Positions 57,033 through 64,000 of a DNA stretch of 64,000 bases are shown one piece after another (the first letter of the stretch is position 1; every line of letters starts with the position of its first letter). Both the position numbers and the translations under genes were made by a program. Source of the DNA: an uncultured Clostridia bacterium (lineage in GTDB: Bacteria > Acidobacteriota > Aminicenantia > UBA2199); NCBI GenBank assembly GCA_964633415.1, contig CAZWFY010000003.1:12460-76459 (forward strand), in the 5' to 3' direction. Under the pieces are notes generated by a model. The model had not been told where the DNA came from, ran no database searches, and saw only the letters and a program-made list of their open reading frames with translations.

Positions 57033-58131
57033 GAGTGTAGGGGTTGATAAAATTATGATAGCAGTGGTAACCATACTTATACTTTTCGGACTTATAATGG
57101 TTTACAGCTCAACCATGATAATTGCCAAAGAAAAATTTGGTGACAGTCTTCATTTTCTGAAACGACAGATAATTTGGCTTATTTTGGGAAGCTTGATATT
57201 CGGTTTTTTAGCCTCATTAAAGAGACCTCTGTTTCTTGAGAGAAATTTTATCTATATTTTTATGTTTTTAACCTATTTAGGCCTTATATCAGTCTTTTTC
57301 ATAGGAAAGATTAACAATAGTTTCCGATGGATTAAATTGGGGAATTTTTCAGTGCAGCCGTCCGAATTTGCAAAAATAGCAGTTGTGCTTTATCTGGCGT
57401 TCAGTCTTACAAAAAAAAAGTCTGATGTGAACGATCCGAAAAAATTACTAATGCTGCTTATTCCCGTGATAATCATAGAACTACTTATTCTTCGCGAACC
57501 TGATTTCGGTACATTTACTCTTATTTTAATTGTAACTGTCATTATGTTGTTTATATCAGGTTTGAAATTTTCATATCTTTTCGGAGGTTTTTTGTTTATT
57601 CTTCCTTCACTTATACTTGTTGTTAAAATGAATCCCGACAAGATGAACAGAATACTCGCATTTATGAATCCGGAGGCGTTTTCATCAACTTATGGATTTC
57701 AAGCCTTACAGTCCGTCTATGCAATAGGGTCGGGAGGAATATTCGGACAGGGATTGGGGAATTCGGTTCAGAAACTATATTTTCTCCCTTATGCATATTC
57801 GGATTTTATTTTTTCAATAATAGGGGAAGAAGTAGGGTTGATAGGGTGTTTGCTTCTGATTTCTCTATTTTTTGTTTTTCTTGTAAGAGGATTAAATATT
57901 GCCAAGATGTCCGGAAACAGTTATACATATCTTCTTGTAACCGGGCTTACATTCATGGTTGTAATTCAGGCAATGATAAATATTTCAGTATCTATAGGAC
58001 TTTTCCCTACGAAAGGAATTCCTCTTCCGTTTATTTCAAACGGAGGAAGTTCACTCATCTCAAGCCTTATAATTGCAGGTATTGTTTTAAATGTTTCGAG
58101 ACAGAGAAAAATGGTGTTGTTAAATGATTAG
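57025..58131 (+). CDS. ftsW: SEDS peptidoglycan polymerase FtsW
   Basis: RWI, QPSEFAK, EPDFGT, LPYAYSDFIF, PTKGIPLPFISNGGSS. Confidence 0.96.
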   Translation: MVKSVGVDKIMIAVVTILILFGLIMVYSSTMIIAKEKFGDSLHFLKRQIIWLILGSLIFGFLASLKRPLFLERNFIYIFMFLTYLGLISVFFIGKINNSFRWIKLGNFSVQPSEFAKIAVVLYLAFSLTKKKSDVNDPKKLLMLLIPVIIIELLILREPDFGTFTLILIVTVIMLFISGLKFSYLFGGFLFILPSLILVVKMNPDKMNRILAFMNPEAFSSTYGFQALQSVYAIGSGGIFGQGLGNSVQKLYFLPYAYSDFIFSIIGEEVGLIGCLLLISLFFVFLVRGLNIAKMSGNSYTYLLVTGLTFMVVIQAMINISVSIGLFPTKGIPLPFISNGGSSLISSLIIAGIVLNVSRQRKMVLLND

Positions 58132-59509
58132 ATTCAGCCGGATTAAAAAGTTGCATTTTGTTGGAATAGGCGGTTCGGGTATGTCCGGAATTGCCGAAGT
58201 TTTAAATAATATGGGTTTTATCGTGTCCGGATCCGACATAGCTGAAAGTAAAGTAATATCACGTTTGAGAAAATCAGGAATTAAAATTTATATCGGTCAT
58301 AGTGGTGAAAATATAAGAGATTCCGAAACACTTATATATTCCAGTGCAATAAATAGTGATAATGTTGAGATAAAAGCGGCAAGGGAAAATAATATTCCAA
58401 TTATCCCGAGAGCTGAAATGTTAGCGGAACTTATGAGGGTAAAATATTCCATTTCTATTGCAGGTACGCATGGAAAGACTACAACGACATCGATGATTGC
58501 AACGATTTTAAGTGAAGCGGGAAAGGATCCCACTTATGTTGTAGGGGGAAAGTTGATGATGCAGGAAAGTGGTGCCAAGCTCGGGAAATCAAATTTTCTT
58601 GTAGCTGAAGCCGATGAGTCGGATGGCAGTTTTTTACAGCTTTTCCCAACTATTGCCGTGATAACAAATATAGAGAATGATCATCTGGATTATTACGGGT
58701 CAATGGAGAATTTGATTAAGGCTTTTGAAAGTTTCGGAAATAAAGTACCTTTTTACGGTTTGGTGGTAATTAATGCCGATTGTAAAAATTCCGAAAAAGT
58801 AATAAAAAATTTAAACAAAAGAGTTATCACCTTCGGTCTTTCCGATGATGCTGATATCAGAGCAAAGGAGATAAAAACAGATGTAAAGGGAACAAGTTAT
58901 AAACTTATAATTAACGGGAAAAAAGAAGGAACAGTGAAAATGAAGATCGGTGGGATTCACAATGTGATGAACTCACTTGCATCGATTGCAGCTTCGATTG
59001 AATCGGGAATTGATCTTGAAACGGTGAAAAACGGACTTATGGAATTTTGTTTGCCGGAAAGAAGATTTCAAAAACTCTATGATTCAAACGGCATTTTGGT
59101 TGTTGATGATTATGCCCATCATCCGACTGAGATAAAAGCGGCTTTAAGTATTCTGTCGGGTAGTGAATATAAACGAGTAATTGCCGTGTTTCAACCTCAC
59201 CGATATACAAGACTGAAACTGCTGATGAAAGAATTTGCCGAATCATTTGATGTGGTGGATAAGTTAATTATTGCAAAACTTTATAGTGCTAATCAGAAAG
59301 AGATTAAAGATGTAAATAGCGGAAGATTGACTGAATTAGTTAAATCATATGGTATTAAAGATGTAATTTATATTGAGGATTTTGATGAGATTGCGAAATA
59401 TCTTTTGAGTATAGTTAAGAAGAGTGATGCGATTATTTTTCTTTCAGCCGGAAATTTGACAAAGACTGCACATGAATTCGGAAACTCTCTTCGGGAGAGA
59501 ATAAAATGA
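58124..59509 (+). CDS. murC: UDP-MurNAc:L-Ala ligase
   Basis: GIGGSGMS, GTHGKTTT, EADESD, DHLD, DDYAHHPTEI, FQPHRY. Confidence 0.97.
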   Translation: MIRFSRIKKLHFVGIGGSGMSGIAEVLNNMGFIVSGSDIAESKVISRLRKSGIKIYIGHSGENIRDSETLIYSSAINSDNVEIKAARENNIPIIPRAEMLAELMRVKYSISIAGTHGKTTTTSMIATILSEAGKDPTYVVGGKLMMQESGAKLGKSNFLVAEADESDGSFLQLFPTIAVITNIENDHLDYYGSMENLIKAFESFGNKVPFYGLVVINADCKNSEKVIKNLNKRVITFGLSDDADIRAKEIKTDVKGTSYKLIINGKKEGTVKMKIGGIHNVMNSLASIAASIESGIDLETVKNGLMEFCLPERRFQKLYDSNGILVVDDYAHHPTEIKAALSILSGSEYKRVIAVFQPHRYTRLKLLMKEFAESFDVVDKLIIAKLYSANQKEIKDVNSGRLTELVKSYGIKDVIYIEDFDEIAKYLLSIVKKSDAIIFLSAGNLTKTAHEFGNSLRERIK

Positions 59510-60309
59510 GGCGTGCCGCTGTTTTTAATCCCGGTGGGGAGATAGAATTTCTAAGAAAAAGAAATAATAAAAACCTTTATAGAAAAAAAAAGATAAGGTC
59601 AATCAAATTGAAGGGATTTCATATATTTTTATTGGTTCTTTTCTTTATGATTATTGCTTTAGGTGTTTTTAAAATGGGAAAATTCATAACCGAGTGGGAA
59701 GTGTTGTCGGTTAAATCCTTTAAACTTGTTAATCCGCCTCATTATATGAAACATAAGGTTAGAGATATTTTGAAATCATTCGGTGGGAATATTTTAACAA
59801 TTAATTTAAAAGAATTGAGACGAAAATTAATAGGAATAGGAGAGATAAGAGATGTTAACATTTCCAGAAAACTTCCTTCCACATTACAAATTGATTTTTT
59901 TCTAAGGAAACCGGTTTTTCAGATACGGGATGGAAAAATTGTAAAATTAATAGACAGGGAGGGAGTTATTGTTAATGAATCTAAAAGTTTACAGCCGGAT
60001 CTTATATTAATAAAAGACGGTGCCGGGATTAATCTTGGAGAATTAAATTCCGGATTAACGGAGTTGAGTAAAATACGAAGATCAATTGAATATATTTCTT
60101 ATAAAAATCCTTACGGTTTGGTTCTTAAACTAAAAAGATCGAAAGAACTGTTTTACACCGGGGAGAAAAATTTTATCCCGAAGTTAAAGAAGTTTTTCAA
60201 ATTAGAGAAGAAACTTGTTTTGAATGGAAATAGAATAAAAGCGGTTGATCTCAGATTTAAGGATAGGTTTTATCTTGAGTTCGAGAGGGGGTGTGTAAAT
60301 GAAGAATAA
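59506..60309 (+). CDS. ftsQ: Cell division protein FtsQ/DivIB
   Basis: Basic N-terminus, TM, POTRA-like (RKLPSTLQI), C-terminal VDLRF; position before ftsA. Confidence 0.88.
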   Translation: MRRAAVFNPGGEIEFLRKRNNKNLYRKKKIRSIKLKGFHIFLLVLFFMIIALGVFKMGKFITEWEVLSVKSFKLVNPPHYMKHKVRDILKSFGGNILTINLKELRRKLIGIGEIRDVNISRKLPSTLQIDFFLRKPVFQIRDGKIVKLIDREGVIVNESKSLQPDLILIKDGAGINLGELNSGLTELSKIRRSIEYISYKNPYGLVLKLKRSKELFYTGEKNFIPKLKKFFKLEKKLVLNGNRIKAVDLRFKDRFYLEFERGCVNEE

Positions 60310-61522
60310 TTTTTTGGTTGGAATTGATGTCGGTACTAATAAAATAAGTACGATTATCGGTCAGGTTAAAACTGAAGAGGGTAATGATGATATTGAAGTA
60401 ATCGGTTATGGCGTTTCGGAATCAAACGGAATGAAAAGAGGCGTTATAGTCGACATGAACAGAACAGTCGAGGATATAAAAAAATCAGTAAAGGAAGCGG
60501 AGCTGACAGCCGGGGTGGAAGTAGAGTCGGCATACGTTAATATTTCAGGAAATCATATACAATCGATAAGTGCAAAGGGTAGCATCAATATTACGGGAGG
60601 AAGAAACAGAGAGATCACTCAGGATGATGTGGACAGGGCAATTACCCACGGAAGTAGCATAATGCTTCCGAATGACAAGGATATTCTTCATGTTCTTCCG
60701 CAGGAATTTATAATTGATTTGCAGGAGGATATTAAAAATCCTGTGGGAATGACGGGTTCAAATCTCGAAGTATATATTCTTATTGTTACAGCTGCACGTT
60801 CAGCCACAAGAAATCTACTGATATGTCTGAAAAAAGCAAAAATTGATGTGTTGAAAATGGTTCTTTCACATATAGCAACGGCAGAAGCGGTTTTGACTCC
60901 GGATGAGAAGGAACTTGGCGTGCTGTTAGTCGATATTGGCGGAGGAACTACGGATTTTTCGATCTACGAAAAGGGAGCTCTTAAATTTTCTTCAACAATC
61001 GGGGTCGGTGGTTTTAATTTTACAAATGATCTTGCAATCGGAACAAGAACACCTATAGATAAAGCGGAACTTATTAAAAGAAAATATGGAAGCGGAACCG
61101 ATCCCAATTTACGAAATCAGAATATTGAGATCCCAAGTGTAGGGGGCAAGAAAGTACGATTGATTAATCCGTCTCTTCTGACTGAGATTCTTAAGCCCAG
61201 AGCCGAAGAGATATTTGAAATGATTAAAAATAAAATTGAGCAGGAGGGGCTGGAAAATAAGATAAATGCAGGTGTTGTTCTCACGGGAGGAACATCGCAG
61301 CTTGACGGATTGCTTGAAATAGCAGACGATATCTTTGCAGCTCCTATAAGGATTGGGAAACCGTTCGGACTTGGCGGTCTTATTGATAAAGTTAATACAC
61401 CGGATTTTTCAACTTCCCTCGGTCTTATTAAATATGGTCTGCTTGATATGAGAACTCGTGGAGTAATTTCCGGTTCTTCGCAAGGTTTTATGCAAAAATT
61501 AAGGGATTTTTTAGGTTTTTAG
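60299..61522 (+). CDS. ftsA: Cell division protein FtsA
   Basis: GIDVGTNKI, DIGGGTTD, GVVLTGG, C-terminal amphipathic MQKLRDFLGF. Confidence 0.98.
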   Translation: MKNNFLVGIDVGTNKISTIIGQVKTEEGNDDIEVIGYGVSESNGMKRGVIVDMNRTVEDIKKSVKEAELTAGVEVESAYVNISGNHIQSISAKGSINITGGRNREITQDDVDRAITHGSSIMLPNDKDILHVLPQEFIIDLQEDIKNPVGMTGSNLEVYILIVTAARSATRNLLICLKKAKIDVLKMVLSHIATAEAVLTPDEKELGVLLVDIGGGTTDFSIYEKGALKFSSTIGVGGFNFTNDLAIGTRTPIDKAELIKRKYGSGTDPNLRNQNIEIPSVGGKKVRLINPSLLTEILKPRAEEIFEMIKNKIEQEGLENKINAGVVLTGGTSQLDGLLEIADDIFAAPIRIGKPFGLGGLIDKVNTPDFSTSLGLIKYGLLDMRTRGVISGSSQGFMQKLRDFLGF

Positions 61523-61531
61523 GAGGTTTTT

Positions 61532-62812
61532 ATGGGAGAAGAAATGAAAATAACCATTAAAAAGGAACGTAAACTCGGTGCAGTATTGAAAGTTATCGGG
61601 ATTGGTGGCGGTGGAGGTAATGCAATAAACAGAATGATAGAGGAAAAATTGTCGGGTGTTGATTTTATTGCTGTAAATACCGATCTGCAGGATCTCTCAA
61701 CTGTGAAAACTCCTGCAATTCCATTGCAGATAGGTGAAAAACTTACAAAGGGATTAGGCAGCGGGTCAAATGCCGAGATCGGAATGCAGGCAGCGTTGGA
61801 AAGCACGGAGATAATTACAGATATTCTCGAAAATGCCGATATGGTTTTTCTTACGGCGGGAATGGGAGGAGGAACCGGAACGGGAGCTTCTCAGGTTATT
61901 GCAAATCATGCATCTTCAATGGGTATTTTAACTGTAGCGATTGTTACAAAACCATTTGAGTTTGAGGGACAACATAGAATGGAAGTTGCTGAAGAGGGTG
62001 TTAAAAATCTGCTCGGCAGTGTAGATGCAATAATTGTTATTCCTAATGAAAAATTGTTTGAGATTGATGATGATGATATACCGTTGAGAGATTCATATAG
62101 AAAGGTTGATGAAATACTTTTAAAAGCTGTAAGGGGTATATCGGATATAATAAACACTTCGGGTTTTCAGAATGTTGATTTTGCCGATGTTAAAGCTACA
62201 ATGGCCGAAAAAGGTATGACTATGATGGGAACAGGTGAATCCAAAGGTGAAAATCGTGCTGAGGAAGCGGTTAATAAAGCACTCAATTCTCCTCTACTTG
62301 ACAATATATCTATCGAAGGTGCAACTGGAGTGCTGTTTAATATTACTACATCTCCTGCTTATCCTTTGAGAAGAGATGAACTGAAAATTATTGCCGATAC
62401 AATTGGTAAAAAGGTTGCTCCCGATGTAAAAAGTAAATTCGGTGTTGTTGAAGATGATAATTTAGGAGATATTTTAAGGGTTACTGTTATTGCAACAGGT
62501 TTTGACAGTGTTAAAAAGAAAAAGTTTTTTAAGGAGAAAACTCAGGTTGAAGAAAGTATCTCTTTACCTTCAAATCGTGCCGTAACTCCTCAAAGAGTTA
62601 ATACCGATGAGATCTCAAGCTTGAGTTTTGTTAGAAGAAAGGAAGAAAATAACCCGCTAAGAGAAAGAGATGTAACTCCTTTGAATCTTATCAATAATGG
62701 AAGAGAGTATATAACGGAGGGAAATCATCCTAATATTACACACAGTGATGATTATCCGGAAGAAGATTTATTAGATGTTCCGACCTTCCAGAGACCGAAG
62801 AGAAGAAGTTGA
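61532..62812 (+). CDS. ftsZ: Cell division protein FtsZ
   Basis: GGGGGNA, GGGTGTG signature, NVDFAD, C-terminal LDVPTFQR peptide. Confidence 0.99.
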   Translation: MGEEMKITIKKERKLGAVLKVIGIGGGGGNAINRMIEEKLSGVDFIAVNTDLQDLSTVKTPAIPLQIGEKLTKGLGSGSNAEIGMQAALESTEIITDILENADMVFLTAGMGGGTGTGASQVIANHASSMGILTVAIVTKPFEFEGQHRMEVAEEGVKNLLGSVDAIIVIPNEKLFEIDDDDIPLRDSYRKVDEILLKAVRGISDIINTSGFQNVDFADVKATMAEKGMTMMGTGESKGENRAEEAVNKALNSPLLDNISIEGATGVLFNITTSPAYPLRRDELKIIADTIGKKVAPDVKSKFGVVEDDNLGDILRVTVIATGFDSVKKKKFFKEKTQVEESISLPSNRAVTPQRVNTDEISSLSFVRRKEENNPLRERDVTPLNLINNGREYITEGNHPNITHSDDYPEEDLLDVPTFQRPKRRS

Positions 62813-62813
62813 A

Positions 62814-64000
62814 ATGATAGAGATAGATTTACTTATTAAAAATATTAAAGAGCTTGTTAACCCTCCTTCCGATCGGGTTGTTCGAGGAGAAGAACTGAAC
62901 TCAATAAAAGTATCGAAGAATGTATGGTTAGGTTCAACCGGGGAGCAGATATCATTTCTCGGTTTTGAAAATGATTTTAATGAGAAATGTATTTTAAGTG
63001 AAGATGCGGTTATAATTGACGGCTCGGATTTTGTAGTAATACCGGGATTTGTAGATCCTCATACACATCTTCCTTTCGCAGGAACCAGACAAGATGAATT
63101 CAGAAGAAAACTTCAGGGCGTAAGTTATGTCGAGATAGCTAAAGAGGGCGGGGGAATTAAGGGGACGGTAAAAAAAACGCGAGAGATAACAATGAAAGAT
63201 CTTCTGTTTCAAAGTGAATGGAGATTGGACAGAATTCTTCTTGCAGGTACAACAACTTTAGAAGCAAAGAGCGGATACGGTTTAAACAAGGATGCAGAGT
63301 TAAAACAATTAGAGACACTTAAAGCACTGAACTCTTTCCATCCTGTTGAAATTGTATCAACTTTTATGGGAGCACATGATATCCCTGAAGAGTTCAAGGG
63401 CAGAAATATGGACTTCCTCAAATATATGTCGGAAGAAGTTCTCCCGGAAGTAAAAGAGAGAGAACTGGCCGAGTTTGGCGATATTTTTTGTGAAGACGGA
63501 TACTTTTCATATAAGGATTCGGAATACTATTTGGATAAATTGATAAGTAATGGTTTAAAAGTTAAAGTTCATTCCGATGAATTCAGTTCGAATAACGCAG
63601 CATTGCTTGCCGTAAAGAAAAATGCAGTTTCAGCGGAGCATCTGATTGAGATGACAGATGAAGAGATCGATACTATTGCAATGTCAGATACGGCAGCAGT
63701 ATTTCTTCCGGGAGTTTCATTTTTTTTAAAGATGGATAAATATGCTCCTGCAAAAAAAGTGATGGAAAAAAATGGAATTGTTTCACTCGGCTCGGATTTC
63801 AATCCCGGCAGTTCAATGGTTTCATCACAGCTGTTTATTTTTTATCTTGCAATTTTTAAAATGGGATTTACTATTGAAGAAGCAATAAATGCGGTAACTA
63901 TTAATGCGGCTTATGCAATTGACAGATCGGATAAGATCGGCTCTTTTGCACTTGGAAAAAAGATGGATGCACTTTTACTTGAGATACCGGATTACAGCTA
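62814..64000 (+). CDS. hutI: Imidazolonepropionase (partial, runs off window end)
   Basis: Translated manually from ATG 62814: PGFVDPHTHLPFAG.RQDEF, GGGI, EAKSGYG, MGAH, VHSDE, SAEHL, GSDFNPGSS. Absent from the ORF track because the stop is outside the window. Confidence 0.94.
   Translation, partial: MIEIDLLIKNIKELVNPPSDRVVRGEELNSIKVSKNVWLGSTGEQISFLGFENDFNEKCILSEDAVIIDGSDFVVIPGFVDPHTHLPFAGTRQDEFRRKLQGVSYVEIAKEGGGIKGTVKKTREITMKDLLFQSEWRLDRILLAGTTTLEAKSGYGLNKDAELKQLETLKALNSFHPVEIVSTFMGAHDIPEEFKGRNMDFLKYMSEEVLPEVKERELAEFGDIFCEDGYFSYKDSEYYLDKLISNGLKVKVHSDEFSSNNAALLAVKKNAVSAEHLIEMTDEEIDTIAMSDTAAVFLPGVSFFLKMDKYAPAKKVMEKNGIVSLGSDFNPGSSMVSSQLFIFYLAIFKMGFTIEEAINAVTINAAYAIDRSDKIGSFALGKKMDALLLEIPDYS

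Noticed and set aside
2102-63802. Numerous 60-160 aa ORFs antisense to or nested in called genes (e.g. 2102-2452, 12353-12649, 24863-25351, 33445-33858, 36912-37316, 56136-56597)
   Set aside because: They lie opposite strongly supported genes, lack motifs, and are expected antisense open frames.

Overview
Low-GC (roughly one third GC by eye, not computed) chromosomal window from a diderm, probably anaerobic bacterium. Acidobacterial-type VWA proteins, a 6-bladed beta-propeller and TPR-CHAT/ECF modules suggest Acidobacteriota, possibly Aminicenantia (inference only). No rRNA, tRNA, CRISPR array, transposase or phage genes were seen. In order, the window holds: an envelope/Hanks-kinase/ankyrin operon; a cold-shock gene and hydrolases; two VWA proteins with a 1033-aa protein; a lipoprotein TPR-CHAT protease convergent on a sigma/anti-sigma pair; a compact four-gene phosphonate operon (cytidylyltransferase-PepM fusion, Ppd, Fe-ADH, CDP-alcohol phosphotransferase); a GMC oxidoreductase with a tungsten AOR; a second ECF module; an asd-ask-metY-metX-metW operon; an MFS transporter, a triple-repeat secreted protein and pepT; an orphan SBP-kinase-receiver module; purA, an HNH-repeat protein, thioredoxin and class II RNR with NrdR boxes; a dcw cluster lacking mraY and murG; and partial hutI. 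The most striking observation is the met operon leader: a non-consensus SAM-I riboswitch immediately followed by a strong SD, a 9-codon Met-rich ORF (MFIFSLMLM) and a GC hairpin, suggesting tandem riboswitch plus ribosome attenuation. The second is the minimal hydroxyethylphosphonate activation/transfer operon.
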